In this document: positions 1 through 9,447 of the stretch, in pieces | Numbering within the stretch: the first letter of the stretch is position 1 | Layout of the letters: each line of letters opens with the position of its first letter | Virus record (IMG/VR): IMGVR_UViG_3300045051_000978 | Coordinates: 62,922-126,921 of that record | Direction: 5' to 3' (one strand) | Length of the DNA: 64,000 bases | Origin: a virus | Notes under the pieces: generated by a model | Seen by the model: only the letters and a program-made list of their open reading frames with translations | Database searches by the model: none | What the model was told of the DNA's origin: nothing | Program-made: the position numbers and the translations under genes

Positions 1-1
1 A

Positions 2-2116
2 ACCAAGACTGAGCGCGTCGATAGCGCAGCCGAAGACGTACTCCAGGGTGGGTCCAAGGACAGCGAGCTGAACGAGTACGAGCGCAAGCTGTACGACGAA
101 CTCATCGAACGTTTACGGAATGGTGAATCCGACGTGATTGGGGATTTGTGGCGCTTGGACTACGTCAAACCGCCACCGGACATTCGGAAATTCATCCTCG
201 ACGACTACTACGTAGGCGCAAGCCTCCGACCTATTCCGGGTGAAAACGAAGGCATCTGGCCTGCCTGGCTGGAAATCTTCACGAGGGACTTCGACCTAGA
301 CAGCTACATCCACAACCTGGTCATCACAGGATCACTCGGTATCGGCAAGACCTGGATGATGGTCACGGTGCTGCTGTACCGCATTTGCATCGCGACGCAC
401 CTGAAGAACCCGCAGAACTTCTTCGGCATCAGCCGCGGGTCACGCATCATCTACAACTTCCTGTCCGTGACCAAGGAAGCGGTCCGCGACACGGCTTTCG
501 GCGACGCCATGAACTTCATGGGCAGTTCGCCATACTTCCGCGAGGTGTGCGGCTTCGATCCAGACATGGACTACGCCGGGTTCCGCATCCCGATGCTGAA
601 CAGCCTACCTGGAGGCGGCACGTCGAACATCTACCTCACCGCCGGTTCCAAGGGTCAGCACATCCTTGGTCGTAACGTTGTCGGCGTGGGACTGGACGAA
701 GGTAACTTCCGCCTGGAAAAAGACCCTGATCTGAAAGCGTACGTGCTCTATGACGCCGTGCGCACGCGTATCAGCAACCGCTTCCAGAAGCTGTCAACGT
801 TTCTACCTGCCCTCTCTGTAATCGCGTCCTCGGCAGCAGACGAATCCAGTTTCACTGAAAAGGTCGTAGACGAAATAGAGAAGCAGAACGCGGCCCGCGA
901 TGCCGACAACGCAAAGCTGCCGCCTAGTCAGCACATACCCAAGACTCAGGTCGTTTACAGAAATGCCGTATACAAAATAAAACGGCACGCGCTTCAGGAC
1001 ATTGGCCCAAACCACCTCTGGTTCAAGGTCGCGTACGGGCTCAAGAACATGGAGCCCTACATCCTCACCGGCTGGTACCGTGAGGACGGAACACCGGTAG
1101 GCGACGAGTCCCACGAGGAACCACCGTCCGGCGCGAAAACGGAGCTGGTTCCGAAATTCTACTACGAGGCATACCGGCGCAACTGTCGCACGAACCTCCA
1201 GGCCCTGTCCGGCATCAGCGTCAGCGGCGCACACCGCCTGTTCGCCTCGATGGTGGATGTTGAGTGGTGCATCGCGCAGTCAGAAGCCGAGGGCGTTCCA
1301 AACTCCGTGCGCCCCGGCATCGAGCGCATGGCGATTTCCAACGAGGACGGCTCAAACATCTGGGATTTCCTCATCCACAAAAACTTCGTCCAACGTGTCG
1401 CCAGCCGCCACATTCCGAAAAGGCATCCTGATCGTTTACGATACGTGCACATCGACTTGGCTACGCAGAATCTGTGCGGCGTAGCCATCTGCCACCTGGT
1501 CGGCGCTCAGCTTGTTGAGGGCATCGTGAAGGAAGGAGGGCAACCATTCGACGAATACCGCTTGATCGTCGAGTACGACTTCATCCTGACCATCTGCGCA
1601 GGTCAGAACAAACCCATCTCCATTGAGAAGGTGCAGAACTTCATCTTCTGGCTGCGTGATATATGCGGTTTCCGATTCGGAAAGGTAACTGCCGACATGT
1701 TCCAGTCCGAAAGCATGCTCCAGGCCCTCGACGCAAAGGGATTCGAGACGGACAAGCTCTCGCTGGACCGCGACAAGTCCGTCTACCATGCCTGGCGCTC
1801 TGGCTTCGAGGAGCGTCGAATTCGTTTACCGCGCAACGCCCAGATGATTCGAGAAGCCGAGGCCCTTCTCGAAATGGACAAGAAATACGACCACCCACCG
1901 GACGGTTCAAAAGACACCACCGACGGCGCGGCCGGGGCCTACTACAACGCGATCACGTCTGAAGAGACGATGACCCTCATGAGCGTCAATGCACCGACAC
2001 TGGTCACGAATCGGCGCGCTGACGATCCGGAGGCGCAGCAGGTCGAGCGAGCGAAGGTACCTATCGAGACCGTTTTGCCGAAGGGGTACACCCGCGTGAA
2101 GAACTTCACTGCATGA
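2..2116 (+). CDS. terL: Large terminase subunit (T4 gp17-like), 5' end truncated by the window
   Basis: Walker A GSLGIGKT, Walker B VGLDEG, RNase H-like nuclease motifs HIDLA and HPPDGSKDTTDGAAG; the frame is open from base 2, upstream of the GTG at 134. Confidence 0.9.
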   Translation, partial: TKTERVDSAAEDVLQGGSKDSELNEYERKLYDELIERLRNGESDVIGDLWRLDYVKPPPDIRKFILDDYYVGASLRPIPGENEGIWPAWLEIFTRDFDLDSYIHNLVITGSLGIGKTWMMVTVLLYRICIATHLKNPQNFFGISRGSRIIYNFLSVTKEAVRDTAFGDAMNFMGSSPYFREVCGFDPDMDYAGFRIPMLNSLPGGGTSNIYLTAGSKGQHILGRNVVGVGLDEGNFRLEKDPDLKAYVLYDAVRTRISNRFQKLSTFLPALSVIASSAADESSFTEKVVDEIEKQNAARDADNAKLPPSQHIPKTQVVYRNAVYKIKRHALQDIGPNHLWFKVAYGLKNMEPYILTGWYREDGTPVGDESHEEPPSGAKTELVPKFYYEAYRRNCRTNLQALSGISVSGAHRLFASMVDVEWCIAQSEAEGVPNSVRPGIERMAISNEDGSNIWDFLIHKNFVQRVASRHIPKRHPDRLRYVHIDLATQNLCGVAICHLVGAQLVEGIVKEGGQPFDEYRLIVEYDFILTICAGQNKPISIEKVQNFIFWLRDICGFRFGKVTADMFQSESMLQALDAKGFETDKLSLDRDKSVYHAWRSGFEERRIRLPRNAQMIREAEALLEMDKKYDHPPDGSKDTTDGAAGAYYNAITSEETMTLMSVNAPTLVTNRRADDPEAQQVERAKVPIETVLPKGYTRVKNFTA

Positions 2117-2475
2117 ACGCTCGACGCATCATCTCGACCCTCATCTTCTTTGCGCTGCTCGTCGTTTCCGTTTACACGCGAGCAGGTAAAATCGACCTGG
2201 AGTGGGATCACAGTCCAGACCCGCTGGTCGTCGGCTACCGCATTTACGCCGGCACGAACAGCGGCATGTACACGCAGAGCCAGACGGTCCCTCGAACCAA
2301 CTGGACGACGTTTTCAAACCTGACCTACGCCGTGCGCTACTACTTTGTGGCAACCGCCTTCAACGCAGCCGGCGTCGAGAGCATTCCGTCGAACGAAGTC
2401 GCAGCCACCATAGGCCAGCCTCGCACGCCTTCCAACCTGGCACTCACCAACGCGCCGCCAAAACCCGGTACCTAA
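2113..2475 (+). CDS. Secreted fibronectin type III domain protein
   Basis: Signal peptide, then LEWDHSPDPLVVGYRIY..G...Y...YYFVATAFNAAGVESIPSNEV; ATGA-coupled to terL. Confidence 0.75.
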   Translation: MNARRIISTLIFFALLVVSVYTRAGKIDLEWDHSPDPLVVGYRIYAGTNSGMYTQSQTVPRTNWTTFSNLTYAVRYYFVATAFNAAGVESIPSNEVAATIGQPRTPSNLALTNAPPKPGT

Positions 2476-2478
2476 GCT

Positions 2479-2802
2479 ATGAGGAAAACGCTCGCGCTCA
2501 GCTTTCTGGCCATCGTTGCCCTCACGTGCAGCGCCGGTCTGCGCGTCCGCTGGAAGGCCAATCCGGTAGAGGACAACGTGGTCGATTACCGCGTGTTCTG
2601 CGCCACAGGCGACACGCTGGTCTGGGTCAAATCCGCCGGCACAGCGACGCAGCTTGACCTCACGGGAACGGTACCTGAAGGACTGCTTCGACTCCACGTC
2701 ACTGCCGTAGACGAAATCGGACTCGAAAGTCTGCCGTCTGCTCCAGCCTACTACACCAACAAGCGCCCCAGCCGGCCAAACCTCAAGCAACCACAAGGCT
2801 GA
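2479..2802 (+). CDS. Secreted FN3-like protein
   Basis: Signal peptide, WKANPVEDNVVDYRV...VTAVDEIGLESLPS. Confidence 0.65.
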   Translation: MRKTLALSFLAIVALTCSAGLRVRWKANPVEDNVVDYRVFCATGDTLVWVKSAGTATQLDLTGTVPEGLLRLHVTAVDEIGLESLPSAPAYYTNKRPSRPNLKQPQG

Positions 2803-3035
2803 TGAACCCAATCGTACGTCGAGTCCTCGGAGAATCCGTTGAAGCCAAGCCCCTGGTGCGCTCGTCCAAGCCGCAGGACATCCTCGTGTGCCCGCACTGC
2901 CAGAAGGAAGTCTTGGAGAAGCACACGTACTGCGAGAACGGCGTCGATTATCACAGCGACTGCGGAGGGGCCATCGCGTTTCCGAAGCCGGACCCCGCTT
3001 CGATTCCTGCCTGGCTCAAACCCTACATGCCATGA
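2802..3035 (+). CDS. Small Zn-ribbon protein with IVxxVLGES N-terminal tag variant
   Basis: CPHC...HSDCGG; N-terminus MNPIVRRVLGES; TGATG overlap with the upstream gene. Confidence 0.6.
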   Translation: MNPIVRRVLGESVEAKPLVRSSKPQDILVCPHCQKEVLEKHTYCENGVDYHSDCGGAIAFPKPDPASIPAWLKPYMP

Positions 3036-3376
3036 TCGAGCCTTCCGAAATCGTAGACAGTCTGCTCGAAGCCTCGGGCAGCAAAACGCGCCGTCTGATT
3101 CTTCAGAAAATGGATGCTGTGCGAAAGCGTCCAGGCTTGAGCGCAAATTACGCTCAACTCGTCTCAGGCCCATTCGGTGCCATTCCATCGTATGCCGAAG
3201 AGGACCCCAACTCGGAGTGGTGGGATAGTTCTGCCGCTCAAAACCTGTTGCGAACGCTGACCGACATGCTGTCCCCTGACAGCGATTACGGTGTCAAACC
3301 CGGTGGGCCGACCCACGTGTACCCCGGTGCCCGTCAGAGCTGGCAGAAGACTGACCGCGATGTTGCCGGCCGATAG
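3032..3376 (+). CDS. Hypothetical protein, IVxxLLE-tag family
   Basis: ATGA-coupled start at 3032; N-terminus MIEPSEIVDSLLEAS. Confidence 0.65.
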   Translation: MIEPSEIVDSLLEASGSKTRRLILQKMDAVRKRPGLSANYAQLVSGPFGAIPSYAEEDPNSEWWDSSAAQNLLRTLTDMLSPDSDYGVKPGGPTHVYPGARQSWQKTDRDVAGR

Positions 3377-3380
3377 TTAG
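3374..3380 (+). promoter_or_regulatory. TANNTAG element (candidate late promoter)
   Basis: TAGTTAG, 3 nt before the GTG at 3384; the same motif and spacing recur at 13565 and 17823, with variants at 16857 (TAGTTAC), 35806 and 42576. Confidence 0.55.
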
Positions 3381-3383
3381 AGC

Positions 3384-3704
3384 GTGGCAGGCCAACGCAT
3401 CGAGCTTCCAAAGCACAGCATGTGGAGCGACACTCCCGTCTACGAAGTAGGCGGCGAGGTGGTGTTCGGGCTCCTCAAAGATTCTGTCGTTCCCGATGCT
3501 TCCGACGAGCTGTACGTCGTGCCTACGGCCGGTGCGGGCAGGCTGGACCTGATCTCTGACCACGCCTACGGCACGCCTGAACTGTGGTGGGTCATCGCCC
3601 GCGTCAACAACATCGCTGACCCGTTCATCGGACCATCAACCGCACAGGAGCTGCGCATCCCAACGCGTGCGCGCCTGGTCAACCTCGGACTTCTCCAGGT
3701 ATGA
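3384..3704 (+). CDS. Baseplate wedge/LysM-like protein (T4 gp53 / P2 gpX-like)
   Basis: RLDLISDHAYGTPELWWVIARVNNIADP...LRIP. Confidence 0.75.
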   Translation: MAGQRIELPKHSMWSDTPVYEVGGEVVFGLLKDSVVPDASDELYVVPTAGAGRLDLISDHAYGTPELWWVIARVNNIADPFIGPSTAQELRIPTRARLVNLGLLQV

Positions 3705-4360
3705 GCGCCGCATCCCGCATCGTGCATAAGCTCCTGGAAGATGATTTTGATTTTGATCTGCGAGACGAGATCGAACAGATCAAAGCTCCCAAGACGCATC
3801 GTTGGAAAATTCAACAGCTGACGTTTCGCGGCTGGGCTGACGTAAAGGTTTCGACAAACAGAGGGTGGTACAGAACGCTGTATTTCGGCTCCGAAGCAGG
3901 CGCACGCGCTGAAATAGCCGGAATGCGCATCCCCGGCAATGACGATGACGAGTACCGGGTGGTAAGTGAGGAAGTACCTCAGGAGTTCGACCTGTACGAA
4001 GACGAGGACGATTTTCGCGACGAGATCGAAGCGATCCCCGTAACAAGCCGAACCGTTACGCGCATCGACGGTCGGTACACGGAAGACGGCGATCTGTACG
4101 ACCACGACACCCATGACCCCGTCGTCATGGAACTTGACGAGTACGACATCGAAGACGGGAAAACGCTTACAGACATCGTCGTTCGGCACCTAGTTGACGA
4201 CGGCGCATGCTTCGCATCCAGCTCACACTTTCATCCTGGCGTCTGGTACGACGGTCAGTCCGAGTTCATCGACGATGGCAGCCAGCAATCGAGCTGGCAT
4301 CTCAAGGGGTTCTCTGAGGAAGAGGAAGAAGCCATCTTCAAATCGATGATGGGGCGATAA
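3701..4360 (+). CDS. Acidic protein, IVxxLLE-tag family, with an internal second acidic tag
   Basis: MSAASRIVHKLLEDDFDFDLRDEIEQI and internal EDEDDFRDEIEAI. Confidence 0.7.
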   Translation: MSAASRIVHKLLEDDFDFDLRDEIEQIKAPKTHRWKIQQLTFRGWADVKVSTNRGWYRTLYFGSEAGARAEIAGMRIPGNDDDEYRVVSEEVPQEFDLYEDEDDFRDEIEAIPVTSRTVTRIDGRYTEDGDLYDHDTHDPVVMELDEYDIEDGKTLTDIVVRHLVDDGACFASSSHFHPGVWYDGQSEFIDDGSQQSSWHLKGFSEEEEEAIFKSMMGR

Positions 4361-4372
4361 AACGTAAACACT

Positions 4373-4846
4373 ATGCCATATCTCACAGAAAACCAACTTG
4401 CAACGACGCTGGACATGCCGGTGGCGCTGCCAGCCACTGAGCTGCGCCAGGGAGATTGGCTCGTGATCGCTTCCATCTCCGTCGTCACGCCCATGCGCCT
4501 GCGCTTCAAGCAGGTGAACCTCAGCCTGCTCTCCTGCTCGGTCAACACCAGCCTGATCGCCAACAGCAATCGCATCTTCGGCAACCTGGGATTTGTCTAC
4601 CTCGCTCTCCGCAAGGACTACAGCGGAGAATCTCCCGGTTCGGCTGACGCGAAGGACGTTTTCGGCGTCACGGCGCTCGGAACTTACGCCAGACCCGGAG
4701 AAGAGCTGGTGCTGTCCGAAAGCGGTGTCTACTCTTGGATCATCGCCAACAACATGAAGGCGAGCGCCACGTCCAGCGTCCCTACCGACACCGAAATCAA
4801 TTTCAGGGTCGCTGTGACAGGTATGGCTCGTCTGGAGATGGAGTAA
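4373..4846 (+). CDS. Putative virion structural protein, paralogue of 4851..5270
   Basis: Beta-rich; TTLDMPVALPATELRQG matches KTLTIPISLPQTELKRG in the next ORF. Confidence 0.55.
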   Translation: MPYLTENQLATTLDMPVALPATELRQGDWLVIASISVVTPMRLRFKQVNLSLLSCSVNTSLIANSNRIFGNLGFVYLALRKDYSGESPGSADAKDVFGVTALGTYARPGEELVLSESGVYSWIIANNMKASATSSVPTDTEINFRVAVTGMARLEME

Positions 4847-4850
4847 ACCC

Positions 4851-5270
4851 GTGTCTTACGTCAACACCGCCAGCTACGCCAAAACGCTCACAATCCCAAT
4901 CAGCCTGCCCCAGACCGAACTCAAGCGTGGTCGGTCCGTGCGCGTGGCCAGTTGGAACCTGAAGCTGGGCGAGAGGCTTGAACTGCGCTCGTTGACTCTG
5001 CACGTCCTGCGCATCCTGACGCCAGGGCCGCAACCGATCTACACCAACACCGCGCTCGGAGCTGCCAGCGCCGGCATCTACCTCGGGGAAACCGTCACGA
5101 GTCCTATCGCATGGACCTTCGTTGGAAGCGTGGGCGCAGCTTCCACCAACCCGTTCCACGTGCGCCGAATGATCACGCCAGGCACGTACACGGTCATCGT
5201 CAGCAACAACACTGCGAACCTTGATCTGGCGGTCTGCGCCACCGGCTGTGTTCGCCTGCTCAGCCTATGA
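4851..5270 (+). CDS. Putative virion structural protein
   Basis: Similar to the upstream ORF; lies in the baseplate-like operon. Confidence 0.55.
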   Translation: MSYVNTASYAKTLTIPISLPQTELKRGRSVRVASWNLKLGERLELRSLTLHVLRILTPGPQPIYTNTALGAASAGIYLGETVTSPIAWTFVGSVGAASTNPFHVRRMITPGTYTVIVSNNTANLDLAVCATGCVRLLSL

Positions 5271-7765
5271 ATCAGCTCGAATCAGCCCTGGTTCTCCGCC
5301 TTCGGACTCCGTTCAAGTGGGGTTCTGCCATCGACGCAACGCCGGGTTCAACGATCTCTGAAAGCGGCGTCCTGCATCCTGTCTACGGAACGCAGACGTT
5401 CAACCCTCTGGACTACCAGTACCGCGACCGGCAGCTGCGCTACCTGGACCTGATCAACGCCGCGGCACTGGTGGACGTGGCGATGCAGGTCTCCGATGTC
5501 TGGAACGCTCCGACCGACTATCCATCGATGGAGGGTCCGGCTCCCAAGGCGATGCCGGCCATCGTGAGCGCGCAGCTCACTTCGTACGGCGTCGGAAGCC
5601 TCGTGCGCTACGTCTCCGGCACCTCGACGCCCTATGACGCCCGCACGACCGACAACGACCTGTACGGCCGGGACCTGCTCCTGCACGAAATCCTGGCGCG
5701 TGCCTGCGCCATCTTCAACGAACCACCCATCACCCCGCTCGACAGCACAGGCACCGTCGTCCCCAGCACAGGCACCTGGTCGCTGGCGGACGGTCTCGAA
5801 ACCCCAGCGGACATCAACGCAGCGCTCCCGCTGACCAAGTCCCTCTTCAAGAATCCGGATCGGCATCTGGCCGACCGCGACAACCAGCTCGCAGCCTACG
5901 TGGCCCGCGTCGTCCAGGCGCTCAAGAACCCATTCGCGTTCGCGCATCGCCTCTACGTGCAGGCTGAGGACGTAGAGGCCACAGAGCCCGAGGTGTTCGT
6001 CCTGACCTCCGACACCAGCGCGCAGCGCGTCTGGACTGCCGAACCCGCTCTGAGCGGCCGGAACCGGATCATCTACGACATCGCCGACCAGACGCTTCAG
6101 TGGTTCCGCGAACGCCTGGATGAAGTCCACGTGCCCCAGCTGGTCGCCCTGGAGATTCCTGGCGTGCTGCCTGGGCAGATCGTCAAAACGCTGCCGAACA
6201 TCCCCAGTCAGACCGACGCTCAGTTCTGGCGGCAGAAGGCCGCTCGCGTGATCCCATTCGGTGGCTCCGTTTCAGACGAGCTTTCGCTCGGCTTCACGGC
6301 GTCCGACGCCGCGGTTGGAGGCTACACGCAGATCAAAGCAGCAAGCCTCACAGTCCCTGGAGAGCTTTCCATCACGCTCGACGGCGCTCTGGATGCCGGC
6401 GTACACCGCGTCGCCGTCCTGGCCGTACCGAACCCGACAGTCGAGATCGCCGGAGCCAGCAACGCCACCAACGACAGCGGGACGGACGGCGGAGCCACGT
6501 TTGCGGTGAACGTGGCCAGCGGAGCCATCGGAGTGAAGCGCTACCTGGTCATTGGCGGCGATGGCATCATCTACAACTCCGGCACCTACTACAGCGGAAA
6601 CGTCTTCGACGGCGTCGATGGAGTCACCACGTACACACAGGTTGGCGCACCTTCCACCGTACGGCAGTATGCCATGGCCTGGAAGCTGGCGCTGCCCCCT
6701 GGCGCGTGGAAGCTGCGGATCGACTACACCAACGTCAGCGGTTCCACGACAGGCTTTGGCGTTGGAGCCAACTACGTCGAGGGAGGCAACACAGTCCAGG
6801 TCATCAAGGACACGACAGCGCTGCCGTTTACAGAAGCGAACGGCGTCGTTGTGTCGAGTGCCGAAGGCGCTTTTGACGTGCTCAACGGCAACGAATTCTC
6901 GATGCCGATCTACTGGAGCTACGGCGACGGTCAGCTGCACATCCGCAAGCTCACCTTCACCAACACCGACCTGACCGACTGTCGGATCGCGATGTCCGGA
7001 ACCATCGGCATCGGCGAAGCCCAGGTCAACGTGGTCGGCACCCGGTACCAGCCAGAGGTGCTCCTGTTCACTCTCCAAAACGACGCCCAGACGCCGCAGA
7101 CGGTCGTCACGTTCCGAATGGGCGGCACCATCGGAGTGGACCCTTTGCTGCCGATCCAGATCAAGCAGGTGGCTGTCCAGAACGTCGGCGACTACAATGC
7201 CACGCTCGATGCCGACGGCTTCCAAGGTTGGCGGCAGGAGTGCGTAGACCGTGCGGAACGCGCCATCGCGACGACGTACAACACCACCGTGCGCGAATAC
7301 GGCACAGCCTTCTTCCCGACCTTCTACAGCTCAGGCACCGCCTGGAGCGCCTACAACACCGAGGTGTGGATGGCCGTCGCGCAGGCCAAGCACCCAAGGC
7401 TGCGCGAGCTGACCGCGATTCCGACCACAGGGATCGCTCCGGGACGACAATACGAGGTAACGACCGGGCCAGTCACCTATGCCAGCTCCGTCTACGTCGC
7501 AGGCGAGACTTTCTACGGCGTCGAAGGCGAGACCACGTATGCCGGCGGCAGCGTGGATCAAATCGGGGCCTTCCGGAAATCGAACCCGGGCCACATCGGC
7601 AAACCTTGCCTTGTCCCGTACGGCCTCTCGTTCAACGGCAGCGTTGCATCCCTGACCGTCAACGGCACATCCGCGGTGCCCAGCGTCGTCGCCGCCCAAC
7701 CGTGGATGATCGACCTTGGCTTCTACACGGCCCAGGAAGACTTCTGGATGCCCGAACAGCGTTGA
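5267..7765 (+). CDS. Large putative tail/baseplate structural protein
   Basis: 832 aa, G/T/S/V-rich beta composition; internal repeat Y.V..G..I/V.Y.S..Y..G..F.GV.G.TTY present twice. Confidence 0.6.
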   Translation: MNQLESALVLRLRTPFKWGSAIDATPGSTISESGVLHPVYGTQTFNPLDYQYRDRQLRYLDLINAAALVDVAMQVSDVWNAPTDYPSMEGPAPKAMPAIVSAQLTSYGVGSLVRYVSGTSTPYDARTTDNDLYGRDLLLHEILARACAIFNEPPITPLDSTGTVVPSTGTWSLADGLETPADINAALPLTKSLFKNPDRHLADRDNQLAAYVARVVQALKNPFAFAHRLYVQAEDVEATEPEVFVLTSDTSAQRVWTAEPALSGRNRIIYDIADQTLQWFRERLDEVHVPQLVALEIPGVLPGQIVKTLPNIPSQTDAQFWRQKAARVIPFGGSVSDELSLGFTASDAAVGGYTQIKAASLTVPGELSITLDGALDAGVHRVAVLAVPNPTVEIAGASNATNDSGTDGGATFAVNVASGAIGVKRYLVIGGDGIIYNSGTYYSGNVFDGVDGVTTYTQVGAPSTVRQYAMAWKLALPPGAWKLRIDYTNVSGSTTGFGVGANYVEGGNTVQVIKDTTALPFTEANGVVVSSAEGAFDVLNGNEFSMPIYWSYGDGQLHIRKLTFTNTDLTDCRIAMSGTIGIGEAQVNVVGTRYQPEVLLFTLQNDAQTPQTVVTFRMGGTIGVDPLLPIQIKQVAVQNVGDYNATLDADGFQGWRQECVDRAERAIATTYNTTVREYGTAFFPTFYSSGTAWSAYNTEVWMAVAQAKHPRLRELTAIPTTGIAPGRQYEVTTGPVTYASSVYVAGETFYGVEGETTYAGGSVDQIGAFRKSNPGHIGKPCLVPYGLSFNGSVASLTVNGTSAVPSVVAAQPWMIDLGFYTAQEDFWMPEQR

Positions 7766-7790
7766 CCGTGGACGCGAAATCGTATACAGT
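7762..7790 (+). promoter_or_regulatory. Sigma70-like promoter, GTATAC class
   Basis: TTGACC-N17-TACAGT, 9 nt before the ATG at 7800. Confidence 0.65.
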
Positions 7791-7799
7791 TTCGGCAGC

Positions 7800-8006
7800 A
7801 TGAAGCTCAGCACCGAAACCACCACGGGAACACTGCACAAGGACACCGCCGGCAAATGGTACGCCAGGACAGGCTTGATTGCGAAGGCGTACCTCGACGG
7901 AACGATTCAGCACCGACCCGATCCCAACCTCGAAGGCGTCGAGGTCAACGTGACCCTCAAGGGCGCTGGACCCACCTGGGTTGTCACCGAGTACAGCTTC
8001 ATCTGA
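7800..8006 (+). CDS. Small hypothetical protein
   Basis: ATG at 7800 lies between the promoter and the terminator (MKLSTETTTG...). Confidence 0.65.
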   Translation: MKLSTETTTGTLHKDTAGKWYARTGLIAKAYLDGTIQHRPDPNLEGVEVNVTLKGAGPTWVVTEYSFI

Positions 8007-8022
8007 TCCCGGCCTTGAAAGC

Positions 8023-8054
8023 AAAAAGCCCCCGCCAGCAAGCGGGGGCTTTTT
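8023..8054. terminator. Bidirectional intrinsic terminator
   Basis: AAAAAGCCCCCGC-cagcaa-GCGGGGGCTTTTT between convergent ORFs. Confidence 0.85.
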
Positions 8055-8070
8055 CGTGCTTCCAGGCACC

Positions 8071-8205
8071 TCAGCCGAGGAACGAAATCTGCGCAGTCGG
8101 GTACCTGGCAGTGATGATGCCCCGCGCCTGGGACTGGCTGGTTGCCTGGACCGTTTCGGTGAAGGTTTGGCCGTTCACGAAGACTCGCCAACGATAGGTG
8201 TTCAT
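8071..8205 (-). CDS. 44-aa small protein, not in the ORF track
   Basis: MNTYRWRVFVNGQTFTETVQATSQSQARGIITARYPTAQISFLG*, with its own TTTACA-N16-TATAGT promoter upstream and the terminator downstream. Confidence 0.6.
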   Translation of the reverse strand: MNTYRWRVFVNGQTFTETVQATSQSQARGIITARYPTAQISFLG

Positions 8206-8242
8206 CGCCGAGCACTATACGCCCCGTTGATATTTTGTAAAC

Positions 8243-8271
8243 AAAAAACCACCGCCGTGAAGCGGTGGTTC
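8243..8271 (-). terminator. Intrinsic terminator
   Basis: Minus strand GAACCACCGC-ttcacg-GCGGTGGTTTTTT, just after the 8295 stop. Confidence 0.75.
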
Positions 8272-8294
8272 TGGAACCGAAGCAAAGCGAAGGA

Positions 8295-8624
8295 TCAGTA
8301 GCCGCGAGGAGCCCGCGTGCCGACCTTGCCGGTGTAAGGGTTGATGTTGGGGTAGGTGGAGAAGTTGTTGTTGAACGACCGATCAGGCGTCGTGCGGAAG
8401 TGCGGGGCGACGTAGGTGCCGTTACCGCGGAAATACGGCGAAACGGTGGTCACGCTGGGCGACGGCAGTCGCGGCATGGTGTACGTCGGCATGGTGTACG
8501 TCGGCGTACGGGGCATCGTGTACGTCGGCGTACGGGGCAACCCGTACCGATCCGCACCGCGGGATTCGCCACCAGGAATGAGAAGAGCCGCGAGGGCAAC
8601 TGCGACGAGAAGCATGGACTTCAT
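8295..8624 (-). CDS. Secreted protein of the 'GTYV.PH.RT.P...N.NPYTG..GT' family with PRTPTYTM repeats
   Basis: Signal peptide; motif YFRGNGTYVAPHFRTTPD...NINPYTGKVGT; short coding tandem repeats at about 8472-8537. Confidence 0.65.
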   Translation of the reverse strand: MKSMLLVAVALAALLIPGGESRGADRYGLPRTPTYTMPRTPTYTMPTYTMPRLPSPSVTTVSPYFRGNGTYVAPHFRTTPDRSFNNNFSTYPNINPYTGKVGTRAPRGY

Positions 8625-8668
8625 GGGCGTGAGCCTGCCTGAATGGCTGGCGAAGTTCAAGAACTTGT

Positions 8669-9094
8669 TTACGAAAAGTGCTTGCAGGCATCCCGAATCT
8701 GCCGAGCGTTTTCCCAGGCCAGCTCTGGCAGGTTCGACACCTTGGCCCAACGCACCTTTTCGGCGTCATCGTCGGCCACCGCCTTCGTTCCTGCCGGCAC
8801 CCATGTCCAGAAGAAGGTGAGGTGACCGATGTCTACGTCATCCTCCTCGAACTGGTGCATCTCGTCCGCCTCGATGCCCGTCTCCTCGGTCAGCTCGCGG
8901 TACGCTGCATCGCGGTCGCTCTCTCCGCTGTCCACGTGGCCACCTGGGCATGCCCATTTGCCCTTCATGGGCTCACCGCCACGCTTGATGATCAAGGCTT
9001 CCGGGTCCTCGCGGTTACGCAGGACGACGATCCCGACGTAGCGTGCCTGCTCTTCCAGCAAGCGCGCCGCGACTGCGTGAGCGATGCCTCTCAT
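8669..9094 (-). CDS. Nudix hydrolase with N-terminal VAARLLEE tag
   Basis: Nudix box WACPGGHVDSGESDRDAAYRELTEETG; ATGA-coupled start at 9094. Confidence 0.85.
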   Translation of the reverse strand: MRGIAHAVAARLLEEQARYVGIVVLRNREDPEALIIKRGGEPMKGKWACPGGHVDSGESDRDAAYRELTEETGIEADEMHQFEEDDVDIGHLTFFWTWVPAGTKAVADDDAEKVRWAKVSNLPELAWENARQIRDACKHFS

Positions 9095-9447
9095 GCTGTT
9101 GTCTCCACCCACTTGTAGGCGCTGATCGCGCCGCGCAGCGTCGGCTTGCACACACCGGCACGATGCGTGTTGCAGCAGTACCAGGTCTTTCCGTTTACGA
9201 CAGACTTCCAGACGGCCGGTGTCGGTTTGTCCTGGTGGCTGTAGTGCCAGACTGCTCCTGCATCCATGACCTGCTTCCGCTCCTTGGCTGTAAGCGCCAC
9301 CTTGCCACGCTTCAGCTTCGCCATGGTCGGCCCGCGCTTGGCCTCCAGGACGCGCCGCGCAAATCCAGGCGGCATGTCCAGGACAACTTCAACCAGAGCC
9401 TTGACCTGAAAAGGCGTGTAGAATTCAGTCGGCATACGGGCAATCAC
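9091..9447 (-). CDS. Hypothetical basic protein
   Basis: Translationally coupled ORF in a minus-strand operon. Confidence 0.55.
   Translation of the reverse strand: MIARMPTEFYTPFQVKALVEVVLDMPPGFARRVLEAKRGPTMAKLKRGKVALTAKERKQVMDAGAVWHYSHQDKPTPAVWKSVVNGKTWYCCNTHRAGVCKPTLRGAISAYKWVETTA

Noticed and set aside
8472-8537. Short tandem repeats as a CRISPR or regulatory array
   Set aside because: They are in-frame coding repeats (PRTPTYTM/PTYTM) with no unique spacers.
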